64,000 nt of DNA from Candidatus Woesearchaeota archaeon (GCA_964344705.1 CAYFOG010000002.1:25502-89501), one strand, 5' to 3'. Positions 1 to 8,769 are shown, counted from the stretch's first letter. Notes: generated by a model not told the origin, from the sequence alone. Numbers and translations: made by a program.

Positions 1-210
1 TCTAACTGCCGTCATTCCGCAACCAATATCATATCCCACCCAAGATGGAACAATGTAATCTTTTGTAAGAAATACTGAACCGATTGGCGCAACATAACCA
101 GAATGTGCATCTGGCATCAGTGCCGCTTTGAGAACAAAGTCTAGATTAGCACATGCTTCAAACTGCTCTTTTGTGTTCTCATCTAAGTGAATTGCGTAGT
201 TGTATTTCAT
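1..210 (-). CDS. rtcB: RtcB-family RNA ligase, N-terminal fragment; the gene runs off the window start
   Basis: Minus-strand translation from ATG at 210 reads MKYNYAIHLDENTKEQFEACANLDFVLKAALMPDAHSGYVAPIGSVFLTKDYIVPSWVGYDIGCGM. The MPDAHxGYG-like and GxDIGCGM motifs are typical of the RtcB N-terminus. No stop codon before position 1. Confidence 0.7.
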   Translation of the reverse strand, partial: MKYNYAIHLDENTKEQFEACANLDFVLKAALMPDAHSGYVAPIGSVFLTKDYIVPSWVGYDIGCGMTAVR

Positions 211-233
211 AATAAAAAGTAATTTGGATTGTT

Positions 234-452
234 TTAACGCTTTCTTTTGGACATTCTCTTCAAAGTTATCGCCATGTTAGCTCTTCGTTTTAGTAGACGA
301 GTTACAGTTATTCCTTTTACTTTTGAACCGCGTTCTGACTTCATTATCCTATTCAAGAGAGCCATTGGTATTTTTTTATCCTCCGGAATTTTGAGTTGTC
401 TATGTAAAGTTCCAGGTTTCCAAATTGCTTTCTGTATCCATCTTCTTACCAT
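234..452 (-). CDS. Small, very basic hypothetical protein (72 aa)
   Basis: ORF co-oriented in a chain with rtcB and the downstream membrane protein. K/R-rich sequence; no recognisable motif. Confidence 0.35.
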   Translation of the reverse strand: MVRRWIQKAIWKPGTLHRQLKIPEDKKIPMALLNRIMKSERGSKVKGITVTRLLKRRANMAITLKRMSKRKR

Positions 453-453
453 T

Positions 454-969
454 TTAGATTGTAAATGCGTTACCGATTAAAAATCCCACTAATGCCGCAA
501 GTCCACCAATTAATGCCACCTCAAGTCCAGATCGAAGAGGACTCTTTTTTACACTTGTTCCTTTGTAAGCTCCCAAGGCAAATAATCCGATTAGAGTTAT
601 ACAGATTGCTGGAATTATTCCTGCCTTGCTTTCCCAGATTAGAAAAGTACTCAGAGGTATTGTTGCTCCGATAATTACTGAGACGCCCATAATTATTGCA
701 GCGTTTATTGGGTGTTTGTGAGAGGGAAGCCTTGATTTCTTTCTTGAGGACAGATATTCGCTTTCACTTTTTACTGATAAATAAGTTCCTGTAGACATTG
801 AGATCATTTGAGCAAACATAGTTGCAATTCCTGCGAGAATAATATATGAATTTGGGGCTGCTGCTTGAGCCATTCCAATAACTACACCAAGATTTCCAAT
901 TGCTCCATCTTCAACTCCGAAGACTATCTGTCTGAGATTGTCTAGAAGAGCATGCTTATGTTTCGGCAT
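454..969 (-). CDS. Small integral membrane protein, possibly VIT1/CCC1-like
   Basis: 171 aa, several hydrophobic helices. The FGVEDGAIGNLGVVIGMAQA segment resembles the E-x-x-DG-x-hydrophobic signature of VIT-family proteins. Assignment is tentative. Confidence 0.45.
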   Translation of the reverse strand: MPKHKHALLDNLRQIVFGVEDGAIGNLGVVIGMAQAAAPNSYIILAGIATMFAQMISMSTGTYLSVKSESEYLSSRKKSRLPSHKHPINAAIIMGVSVIIGATIPLSTFLIWESKAGIIPAICITLIGLFALGAYKGTSVKKSPLRSGLEVALIGGLAALVGFLIGNAFTI

Positions 970-999
970 GAAGTTAATTGTAGTTTGTAGAATATAAAT

Positions 1000-1359
1000 C
1001 TATTGAGTTTGATTGAACATATCTATTAACTCAAGCGCCGCGTAAGCTCGATTAAGCATGCTTTGATATATTTCATTTGATTCACCGAGACCTCCTGAAA
1101 TATTCGTATAGCTTTCAGACATTCTGTCCAAATATTCACCAACATTGTGCGCCGTCCTAACCGACGGATTAAGAAACTTTTCAAGTCCTGAAACATCTTT
1201 CTCAATTGGAGAGTAATCAAAATCATTCATCCAATTGCTAGCATTATATTCTTCTAATCGGGAAAAATTCTCACCAACTAAAACACCGGCGCCAATTAAT
1301 AATCCCGGAATCGTCTCCGGCTTTATTGTAAAAGTATAAGGTCTTTCTTTAATTTCCAT
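1000..1359 (-). CDS. Hypothetical protein (119 aa)
   Basis: Clean ORF, divergent from asnS with a ~80 nt shared intergenic region. No recognisable motifs. Confidence 0.45.
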   Translation of the reverse strand: MEIKERPYTFTIKPETIPGLLIGAGVLVGENFSRLEEYNASNWMNDFDYSPIEKDVSGLEKFLNPSVRTAHNVGEYLDRMSESYTNISGGLGESNEIYQSMLNRAYAALELIDMFNQTQ

Positions 1360-1439
1360 ATGTAGTGGGACTGTGTAGAGTTATTAAATATTATGAAACA
1401 ATTTCTGTGCGCAAAAGACTTATAAAGGAGATTTTGATA

Positions 1440-2765
1440 ATGAAAGTATGGCAACAAAAGGTGATTGTCCCAATCTTTAGTAGAACTTACCTAGCCACAG
1501 CAATTTCTGAAATTTCAAAATTTGAAGGAAAAACTATCAAACTTCGAGGTTGGATTGCTAAGAAGCGAACTTTGAAGGGAAAAATTTTCTTAGTTCTTAG
1601 AGACTCAACTGGAATGGTTCAGACTCTTACTGAGGATAAATCTAAAGCTTACAAAACGGCTGAAAAAATTACAACTGAATCATCTGTATTTATTCGTGGA
1701 AAAGTTGTAAAAGACGCTCGAGCTCCGGGCGGATATGAAGTTAAAGTTTCAGATATTCATATTGTTGGACTAGCTGAAACTTGGCCAATTGCTCGAGACA
1801 CTAGTGCAGAGTTCTTGAGAGATATTCGACATCTGTCTTTGAGAGACAGAAAAACTCAAGCAATGCTGAGAGTTCGTGCTGCTACTTTTGCAGCTTATCA
1901 TGAATGTATGACTGGACTGGGTTATATGGAACATCAAAGTCCTAGTTTTACTCCGACACCTGGAGAAAGCGGAGCAGAAACATTTGAAGTCAAGTATTTT
2001 AAAGATACGGCTTATTTGACTCAAACTTGGCAATTGTATGCTGAGGCAATGCTTCCAATTATGGAAAAGATTTACACTCTTGCACCAAGTTTCAGAGCAG
2101 ACAAGTCTATGACTTCTAGACATCTTACTGAGTACTGGCACGCAGAAGTTGAAACTGCTTGGCAGGAATTCCCAGAATTGCTTGGAATGATGGAATACAT
2201 TGTAAAATATATTTCAGCAAAAGTTGCAAAGACTTGCCGTAAGGAATTAATTTTCTTAGGTCAAGATCCAAAATATTTTGCGACGCTTCCTAAGTTTAAG
2301 CGTTTGAAATATCGAGATGCTATTGCTGAATTGAAGAAAGACGGATTCAAAGTTAAATTCGGAGATGATTTGGGAACTGTTGAGGAAAAACACTTGGTTG
2401 CAAAACGCAAAATTCCGTTGTTTATTACACATTATCCTACTAAATTGAAGGCCTTTTACATGAAGCGAGATCCAAAAGACAAGTCGGTTGTATTTGCATC
2501 TGATTTAATGCTTCCGGGAATTGGTGAGACAATTGGTTCTGCTGAGCGAAGCACAGATTTCAAGGACGTTAAGAAAAGATTGAAGGCTGCAGGTGAAGAT
2601 TCATCAGTTTATGAGTGGTATTTTGATGCAGTAAGCAGATATGGTTCTGTTCCACACTCAGGATTTGGAATGGGAATGGAGAGATTAGTTATGTGGTTTA
2701 CTGGAGCAGACTCAGTAAAAGAAGTAATCGCTTTCCCTAGAACTCCTACAAGATTTGCGCCTTAG
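1440..2765 (+). CDS. asnS: Asparaginyl-tRNA synthetase (class IIb)
   Basis: Start chosen at ATG 1440 (MKVWQQK...) with GGAG 8 nt upstream; the ORF track starts at 1365. Class II motif 2 FRADKSMTSRHLTEYWHAEVE matches AsnRS FRAENSNTSRHLAEFWM. Motif 3 GFGMGMERLVMWFTG and the C-terminal FPRTPTRF resemble the AsnRS FPRTPRN ending rather than archaeal AspRS. Confidence 0.8.
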   Translation: MKVWQQKVIVPIFSRTYLATAISEISKFEGKTIKLRGWIAKKRTLKGKIFLVLRDSTGMVQTLTEDKSKAYKTAEKITTESSVFIRGKVVKDARAPGGYEVKVSDIHIVGLAETWPIARDTSAEFLRDIRHLSLRDRKTQAMLRVRAATFAAYHECMTGLGYMEHQSPSFTPTPGESGAETFEVKYFKDTAYLTQTWQLYAEAMLPIMEKIYTLAPSFRADKSMTSRHLTEYWHAEVETAWQEFPELLGMMEYIVKYISAKVAKTCRKELIFLGQDPKYFATLPKFKRLKYRDAIAELKKDGFKVKFGDDLGTVEEKHLVAKRKIPLFITHYPTKLKAFYMKRDPKDKSVVFASDLMLPGIGETIGSAERSTDFKDVKKRLKAAGEDSSVYEWYFDAVSRYGSVPHSGFGMGMERLVMWFTGADSVKEVIAFPRTPTRFAP

Positions 2766-2784
2766 TTCGTTTTTTAAGTTTTAG

Positions 2785-3141
2785 TTGTACGATTTAACTA
2801 TGAGTTTGGATGAAATTCTTTTCGTTTCGTGGGAGGATACTTCCAGGAATATTTCTGATCGAGGACGCGAACTTAGATTTGCTAGAAAGTTTTGGAAAAA
2901 CATGATGGGTTTAATTAAAATTTCAGGTATTCATTCACATGCGTTTAAAGGAAAGGAAGTTGAAGTGCTTTATGAGCTTATTGAGGATTTATCTGAAGAA
3001 TCAGGATTTACGGTTAAACAGCAAGATGATGTAAATCCAGTTGCAGAAATTTATACTGGAGGAATTTTGCTGGGCAGAATCACTAGCAATCACCGTTCAG
3101 GATACAAACCTTTTGAACGAGTATATCGTCCAGGCTTTTAA
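2785..3141 (+). CDS. Hypothetical protein (118 aa; alternative start at 2800)
   Basis: ORF between asnS and tRNA-Asn. No recognisable motif. Confidence 0.4.
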   Translation: MYDLTMSLDEILFVSWEDTSRNISDRGRELRFARKFWKNMMGLIKISGIHSHAFKGKEVEVLYELIEDLSEESGFTVKQQDDVNPVAEIYTGGILLGRITSNHRSGYKPFERVYRPGF

Positions 3142-3182
3142 TAAGAAACCTTTTAAAACAAAGATTTGACATATTTTCTAGT

Positions 3183-3254
3183 GCCAACGTAGCTTAGTGG
3201 TAGAGCGCATGGCTGTTAACCATGAGGTCGGAGGTTCGACCCCTCCCGTTGGCG
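3183..3254 (+). tRNA. tRNA-Asn (anticodon GTT)
   Basis: Cloverleaf read by eye. Acceptor GCCAACG/CGTTGGC, D arm GCTT-AGTGGTA-GAGC. Anticodon stem CATGG/CCATG with loop CTGTTAA gives GTT. T arm GGAGG-TTCGACC-CCTCC. Discriminator G; CCA not encoded. Confidence 0.85.
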
Positions 3255-3255
3255 C

Positions 3256-3729
3256 TTATATTCTTGTTCTTAAAATTTGTAAAATATGGTCTATGTCTTG
3301 TAATTCTTCAGGAGCACAGACTATCTCATCACCATTAATTACTGAAGAAGAGTAGGCTTCTAAGTCGGCTAATAACGAACCTTCACCCATACTATCAAAG
3401 AATCCGGGCCATTCTCCAAGAAAGGTTTCCAAATGAATGGATTTTGCACTGTAATTTATTCTTTTATTAGTGTGCGTAATTACAAAACTTATTTCTTTAT
3501 CAGAATTTGGCAAATTAAAGAAATATTTTGTTCCTGTTTCTGATTTAATGCGATAAGGCATCTTCTGGAGTTTTGTTGAAGTATAATCAAGATAGTAAGC
3601 CATTTCTTCAAAAAGGATCAAATTATCTAGAGTTTCCAGTTTCTTTTCAGCGATTTTGGGCATATTTACCTTGCGATTTGACATAGTTGAAACTAATAGA
3701 ATTATTATAAAAATATTGTTTTTAGTCAT
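3256..3729 (-). CDS. Hypothetical protein (157 aa; internal alternative starts possible)
   Basis: ORF immediately downstream of tRNA-Asn on the opposite strand. No recognisable motif. Confidence 0.4.
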   Translation of the reverse strand: MTKNNIFIIILLVSTMSNRKVNMPKIAEKKLETLDNLILFEEMAYYLDYTSTKLQKMPYRIKSETGTKYFFNLPNSDKEISFVITHTNKRINYSAKSIHLETFLGEWPGFFDSMGEGSLLADLEAYSSSVINGDEIVCAPEELQDIDHILQILRTRI

Positions 3730-3822
3730 TAAAAAATAGAAAAGACGGCTTTTACACCGTCTCCTGAAACTATTACTTACAGAATAATCTCAATTCCCAA
3801 ACTAATATTCATTTAAGAAGTA

Positions 3823-4017
3823 TTACTCTGCTAATTCTACGTTTTGTGCTTGTTTCCCTCTTTCTGCATCAACTGCATCAAAGGTAACATTGTCACCCTC
3901 TCTCAAGTTCTTTTCATCTTTGATGGCTGTTTGATGTACAAAGTAATCTGTACCATCTTCACCTTCAATGAATCCGAAACCTTTTGTTGGGTTGAACCAC
4001 TTTACTGTTCCTTTCAT
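3823..4017 (-). CDS. csp: Cold-shock protein (CspA family, S1-like OB fold)
   Basis: [32 protein letters not shown] contains the RNP1-like KGFGFI and RNP2-like VHQ motifs of cold-shock domains. Start placed at the internal Met (MKGTVKWFN). Confidence 0.85.
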   Translation of the reverse strand: MKGTVKWFNPTKGFGFIEGEDGTDYFVHQTAIKDEKNLREGDNVTFDAVDAERGKQAQNVELAE

Positions 4018-4080
4018 TTTATTTGGTACCAAGAACGAATTCTTGATAGTTTAGCTTGATTAGTTGGTTTAAAAGAGTAT

Positions 4081-4515
4081 CTATTTCCTAAACTCTTTCA
4101 GAACGATTGTTGTATTTGTGTTTTCTACACTAGGCATAGTTCTTAGCTTTGTCATAATTAATGAATGTAATTCTTCAATGTCTTTTACACAAACTTTTGC
4201 GATGATATCATAGTCTCCTGTTATTTGGTAAACTTTGTCGACTGCTTCTACTTTTAGAAGCTCATTACAGATTTTATTTTGATCTGCAAGTCTTCCTGCG
4301 CGAATTGCTAATCGTGCTGAGATGTCCTTTCCAAGCTTTTTCCGATTTACAATTACTGTATATTTTGAGATAATTCCTTCTGATTCTAATTTCTTAATTC
4401 GGTTATGGACTGTCGTAATTGGAATATTCAATTCCCGAGAAATTTGCTGAGTTGTGTTTTTTGCGTTCCTTTTTAGAATGCTTAGAATGTCCATATCTTT
4501 GTCATCTAGCTTCAT
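4081..4515 (-). CDS. lrp: Lrp/AsnC-family transcriptional regulator
   Basis: 144 aa from ATG 4515. N-terminal HTH: DILSILKRNAKNTTQQISRELNIPITTVHNRIKKLESEGII. C-terminal RAM domain region: VKDIEELHSLIMTKLRTMPSV. Confidence 0.85.
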   Translation of the reverse strand: MKLDDKDMDILSILKRNAKNTTQQISRELNIPITTVHNRIKKLESEGIISKYTVIVNRKKLGKDISARLAIRAGRLADQNKICNELLKVEAVDKVYQITGDYDIIAKVCVKDIEELHSLIMTKLRTMPSVENTNTTIVLKEFRK

Positions 4516-4927
4516 AATGGAATAATATTTCAAAAACTTATAAGTCTTTTGAAATAATACAGTCCTTTTTTCCATTTTATTGTAAGTATTTTCTTATACT
4601 AGTTTTGCGTTATAGTCAGTGTGATAACTATGGAAAGACCAGGAATACATAGCTTGGACTGTACGGAATGTGCGCCCATACACACAACCGTAATAGTCTC
4701 AAGTAGAGATGACGAAGTTTACTGTAGAATGTGCGGTTTGGTTCTTGTTTAAATCAAACTAACTGACGTCGTACAACTGCCGGGAAGTGCGGGATTGCCA
4801 CCCGCACTCACATTTTTATAAATTTGAAAAGGATAGTGAGCGGCACCGAAGCGCCGCGTCTTCTCGCTAAAACAAGCCCGCGAGGTGTCACAGAGTAAAC
4901 TCCGTGGACCTCACGATTCGTCTCTGA

Positions 4928-5001
4928 CGAGCCCGCGAGGATTTGAACCCCGACCAACCGGGCCGAAACCGGTTACACTATCCAGATTATGCTACGGGCC
5001 C
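4928..5001 (-). tRNA. tRNA-Arg (provisional anticodon TCG); 3' end possibly at 4873 if the 11-nt repeated 3' segment marks an intron
   Basis: Minus strand GGGCCCG-TA-GCAT..GTGT-ACCGG-TTTCGGC-CCGGT-TGGTC-GGGG(T)-TTCAAAT-CCTCG-CGGGCTC-G. Anticodon stem ACCGG/CCGGT is perfect. T loop is TTCAAAT. Acceptor has one or two G-U pairs. D stem is weak. Confidence 0.55.
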
Positions 5002-5054
5002 GTTAATTATAGGTCTGAAGAGGCGTTTATAAAGTTTACCTACTTTATATTTTT

Positions 5055-5507
5055 ATGAATTCCAGAAAGTTTCTTTCTACACTTATTCTTGCACTCTCAA
5101 TTCTAGGAATCATATTTTCCATATTAACCATTTTCAATCATTATGCGGTTGAAGATAACGCTTTTTGTTTGACTGATAAAGGTACTTGTGATGTTGTGAA
5201 TAAGAGCGTTTACTCTACTTTTTCCGGTATTCCTTTGGGATTTTTCGGGATTTTTTACTTTGTTGCAACTATTTATCTCGCAGGAAATGTTTATTTTGGA
5301 AGGCATTATCGTGAAAGTGTTAGATATTTGTTTATTTGGACTGGAGTGGGATTAATTCCTGTAGCTTACTTAATTTATGTCGAGGCTTTTAAGTTACTTA
5401 CTTTCTGCAGTCTTTGTACAGCGATCCATTTGATTGTAGGATTTAATTTTACTTTGGCGTTCTTATTGAGTAAAAGAATAAAAAAATTAAAGGATAAAAA
5501 TAAGTAG
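5055..5507 (+). CDS. VKOR-family (vitamin K epoxide reductase-like) thiol-oxidoreductase membrane protein
   Basis: 150 aa, 4-5 TM helices. Loop Cys pair CLTDKGTCD and TM CxxC (CSLC) fit the VKOR/DsbB-like arrangement. Confidence 0.55.
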   Translation: MNSRKFLSTLILALSILGIIFSILTIFNHYAVEDNAFCLTDKGTCDVVNKSVYSTFSGIPLGFFGIFYFVATIYLAGNVYFGRHYRESVRYLFIWTGVGLIPVAYLIYVEAFKLLTFCSLCTAIHLIVGFNFTLAFLLSKRIKKLKDKNK

Positions 5508-5514
5508 ATTAAGT

Positions 5515-5909
5515 ATGAAAACAAAACTAAACTTGGCTTGTGGAAGAGATATAAGAAAAGGCTATATTAATTTAGACATAGCAAAACTTGACTGAGTAGA
5601 TATAGTTTATGATATTAATAAAATACCTTTACCTTTCGGGAATGAGCAATTTAAGGAAATACTTGCTTATGCAATACTTGAACACGTACCTGAACAGTCC
5701 AAACTTCTTTTGATTTTTTTGTAAAAAAGAAACATTACTATACTGATTTTAAATTTAGTAAAATAAAGAAGCGTCTAGTGTTTGGTAAGAAGTTTCAGAT
5801 ATGGAATTATATAATAGAGCCCATAGCTAACGCATTCCCGAAGATTTACGAAAACACGCCCTTAAGAATATTCCCGTGTTTGAGTGTTGAGGTAGAATTG
5901 ATAAAGTGA
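5515..5909 (+). pseudogene. Degraded class I SAM-dependent methyltransferase (type 11-like) pseudogene
   Basis: Reads MKTKLNLACGRDIRKGYINLDIAKLD, then an in-frame TGA at 5593-5595, then VDIVYDINKIPLPFGNEQFKEILAYAILEHVPEQSKLLLIFL and a stop. The GxGxG-like motif I and LPF..FD..vLEHv motif II are present. A C-terminal remnant FQIWNYIIEPIANAFPKIYENTPLRIF lies in a different frame at 5790-5909. Confidence 0.55.
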
Positions 5910-5990
5910 TGGGCGATGAATTGGGAATCGTCCGAGTTATTGTTGAGTAAAAGATTAAAGTTTTAAAGTAAAAATTTTGAGCAATTCTAG

Positions 5991-6065
5991 GCCCCTATGG
6001 TGTAGTTCGGTCAATCATTCCAGATTCTCAATCTGGCGACTCGGGTTCAAATCCCGGTAGGGGCG
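5991..6065 (+). tRNA. tRNA-Glu (anticodon CTC)
   Basis: Acceptor GCCCCTA/TAGGGGC. D region TGGTGTAGTTCGGTCAATCAT matches the archaeal tRNA-Glu pattern. Anticodon stem CCAGA/TCTGG with loop TTCTCAA. T arm TCGGG-TTCAAAT-CCCGG. Discriminator G. Confidence 0.85.
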
Positions 6066-6122
6066 TCCTATATTCTGTCTTAAAAAAACCTTTTTATAAC
6101 TTTAGTTGCTCGTTTTTATACC

Positions 6123-7211
6123 ATGTCAGACAAATATGATGGTGAAGTTAGCACTCCAAAGACAGGGAAAAGAGATTTTGAAAGGGATACTGCTCGAGGA
6201 AAGGCACTAAGAGAAGACTTTCTAAATTCAACTCATAGTACCAGATGTCCTGAAATTGATATGATTTTTCAAGATGGTTCACATGTAAATATTCCACAAG
6301 AATATCAAGGAAGAAATTTAGGAACAAGAAGTCTTTATGAAGGAATCCGGCACGACTGGGAAACAAATTCACCAATTAGTCCGGCTCCACACAGCTATAG
6401 CCCTGTTGGAGAAATTGATTCTTCAAAATTATTTGGACTAATGTCTGAAATTACTCGGATTCGAGACAGAGTTGGACGAAGTAAGACTAAAATTGATAGC
6501 GCTAAAATTGCTTCACAAGTATTCAAATCAGTAAGAGCTGAAACTCAAGTTCATCCAAATGATTTGTTTGATGATGATTGGGAAACTTATGAACAAATTC
6601 TTGAAGGTTATCCGTTTGCAAGATATAGATTAAATATTGATATGGAAGACGGTCTTGATCAACACAAGAGATTAATTTCCTTTACTCACGGAGAGGTTAC
6701 AGTCTTTGCAGATGATAATAATTATTTTGCTCAAAACAGCAACATTTTCTGGTATCAAAATGGACTTTTAATGTTGGGTTCAACCTTAGATACTTCAAAA
6801 GGTGAAGCAATCAATGATGATGTTTTGGTTTTTGCTGATGAAAATGAAATCGATAATACAGATTTTCATAGAGTTAACTCTGCATTTTATGATGCGCTTC
6901 ACAAACAAGGGAGACATTTTGAAACAGATATGACTATGATGCATTTGAGACATCTGTATGAGGATAACAATGTTTCTTCGCTAGGTAATCGCTTGAAGGC
7001 ATCGGCGCCAATGACTGAACTTTCTAGCGGTTCATCTGCTGAAAGATTAACAATGAATCTGTTAATTAAAAAGACACTTGATGATTTTGTCAAAACTCAA
7101 AATAAGAGATTAATTACTGATTCTGATTTTGAAGAATATCTTAAAGAAGGAATAACTCAAATTCAAAGGGACTTAGTTCGAGGAAATAAACCACTGTACA
7201 AACTTGAGTGA
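6123..7211 (+). CDS. Hypothetical protein (362 aa)
   Basis: Long clean ORF starting 58 nt after tRNA-Glu. No recognisable catalytic motifs. Confidence 0.5.
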   Translation: MSDKYDGEVSTPKTGKRDFERDTARGKALREDFLNSTHSTRCPEIDMIFQDGSHVNIPQEYQGRNLGTRSLYEGIRHDWETNSPISPAPHSYSPVGEIDSSKLFGLMSEITRIRDRVGRSKTKIDSAKIASQVFKSVRAETQVHPNDLFDDDWETYEQILEGYPFARYRLNIDMEDGLDQHKRLISFTHGEVTVFADDNNYFAQNSNIFWYQNGLLMLGSTLDTSKGEAINDDVLVFADENEIDNTDFHRVNSAFYDALHKQGRHFETDMTMMHLRHLYEDNNVSSLGNRLKASAPMTELSSGSSAERLTMNLLIKKTLDDFVKTQNKRLITDSDFEEYLKEGITQIQRDLVRGNKPLYKLE

Positions 7212-7214
7212 TAA

Positions 7215-7571
7215 TTATTCTTTCAATAATCTTTGAATCTTAAAATTTCTCATTAAGTAATATGATGCGACGGTTGGGTTATTTACCATAAAATGTAATC
7301 CTGTAGATTGAGAATTTCTTTTCAATGCTTCGTCTAATACTTCTTCCATAATTGTTCTGTAGTTTTCATCATCTCTGTTTTCCAAATATGTATTAATCAA
7401 AGTGTCTTCTTCTTCTTTTGAGAACGGTTTACTTATTTGAACTTTATAGATGTCTTTATCATCAATAAGACTATACTTGTGCTTAACATCTTTTTCTAGA
7501 ATTTCAAAAATTGGTTCTAGTGAATTCAATTGTTCATTGCTTAACATTTCTACTCTTTTGTCTAATTCCAT
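7215..7571 (-). CDS. Hypothetical protein (118 aa), acidic
   Basis: ORF convergent with the 6123 gene, 3 nt gap between their stops. No motif recognised. Confidence 0.4.
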   Translation of the reverse strand: MELDKRVEMLSNEQLNSLEPIFEILEKDVKHKYSLIDDKDIYKVQISKPFSKEEEDTLINTYLENRDDENYRTIMEEVLDEALKRNSQSTGLHFMVNNPTVASYYLMRNFKIQRLLKE

Positions 7572-7614
7572 TTTAACAGGGTTGGGATGATTGTTGAGTT
7601 ATTAAAGGTTCCGT

Positions 7615-8040
7615 ATGTGTATAATAGTTAATACTAATATTTATATTACACAGTTGCCTGATTTTGGTATGGATGATGAATTTCTCAAGGAAGCTGAAGA
7701 ATTTTTTGAAAAATATTCTGCAGGAATAATTGAGACAACCGCAATTTATGAAAATGGCGTTCTTGAATGCGGATCAATTTTGTATAACTTTGAAATTTCA
7801 CCAGACTATGTTCGAGCTTTTGATAAGAAACAAGAGGGCAAAGAAGTATTTTACTGCTCAAGACGATATTCAAGACTTTGCCGAGAACAGGCACTATTAG
7901 ACGGTTTGTTGGCTATAAGTCATATGCTTCCTGAAATTGGTGCAAAACCTCTGGAAAAAATTGTTAATCAAGCAACACAAGTAGTTCAGTCTGGACTTTT
8001 TGATGAAAACTCATCTCTTAATACGTCTTTTGATCCGTGA
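7615..8040 (+). CDS. Hypothetical protein (141 aa; alternative start at 7666, MDDEFLKEAEEFF)
   Basis: ORF. Its 3' end overlaps the convergent membrane-protein gene by 30 nt. Confidence 0.4.
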   Translation: MCIIVNTNIYITQLPDFGMDDEFLKEAEEFFEKYSAGIIETTAIYENGVLECGSILYNFEISPDYVRAFDKKQEGKEVFYCSRRYSRLCREQALLDGLLAISHMLPEIGAKPLEKIVNQATQVVQSGLFDENSSLNTSFDP

Positions 8041-8739
8041 TATATATTCTCGACGTTTAATCCCTGCTGTCCAAATTATTTGTCTGATTATTGGATATTC
8101 TAGAATATTATCTAGTACTTTTAATGTTTCCATTAATCCAAAGAATGCTATAGTGAGTAAGAAATAATTTAATGGAATGCTTAGTTTAAATCCTGTGAGA
8201 TATGAATAATTTCCAGTACCGACAATTAATACTTCAACAATATAATCCAAAATTCCTACAAAGAGCGCCACAATTAATACGCTTGCTTTATCAATATCTC
8301 GTTTGATTGTGTGCATTCCCCAAAGCGCTGCTGGCACAGTAAATAGCGCAATTGTTTCTTCAATTCCCAATAAAACTGTCGATCTAAGATACATTATTAC
8401 TCCGAACAAGGTTAGGTTAAAGAATATTATGTTTAACGGTAGATTGTATCTGATTTTCTTTGAAATTCCATGAATCCATTTTCCTAGAACTCCTGCCATG
8501 AAAAACATTAGAGGTAATTCAATTGGAACTGTTCCGAAGAGGAAATAAACTGATTCGTTGTAAGTCCAAAAACCGTTGAAAGTTCCGACTGTTTCAATTA
8601 TAATGTCTAGAATTGCAATCAGACTTCCAATGATGAAATAATCTCGGAGATTTTTGTGTTGTTGTTTCTTTATGTCATTTACAACTATGAAAAATACGAG
8701 AGTTGCTCCGAGTAAAAATAATAATCCGAGTTCATTCAT
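8011..8739 (-). CDS. Polytopic integral membrane protein (242 aa), function unknown
   Basis: About 7 hydrophobic helices and a basic C-terminal tail RREYISRIKRRIKR. Confidence 0.5.
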   Translation of the reverse strand: MNELGLLFLLGATLVFFIVVNDIKKQQHKNLRDYFIIGSLIAILDIIIETVGTFNGFWTYNESVYFLFGTVPIELPLMFFMAGVLGKWIHGISKKIRYNLPLNIIFFNLTLFGVIMYLRSTVLLGIEETIALFTVPAALWGMHTIKRDIDKASVLIVALFVGILDYIVEVLIVGTGNYSYLTGFKLSIPLNYFLLTIAFFGLMETLKVLDNILEYPIIRQIIWTAGIKRREYISRIKRRIKR

Positions 8740-8769
8740 TAGAGAAGTATGCCGTTTTTGTTTATAAAT

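Noticed and set aside
247-480. 77-aa plus-strand ORF
   Set aside because: Antisense to two co-oriented minus-strand genes; hydrophobic low-complexity translation.
4629-4706. Apparent small TFIIB-like zinc-ribbon ORF (CxxC...CxxC) just upstream of the GC-rich tRNA region
   Set aside because: On careful re-reading the frame hits TAG after 25 codons (MERPGIHSLDCTECAPIPHNRNSLK*). The second Cys pair is out of frame, so the zinc-ribbon impression was a misreading.
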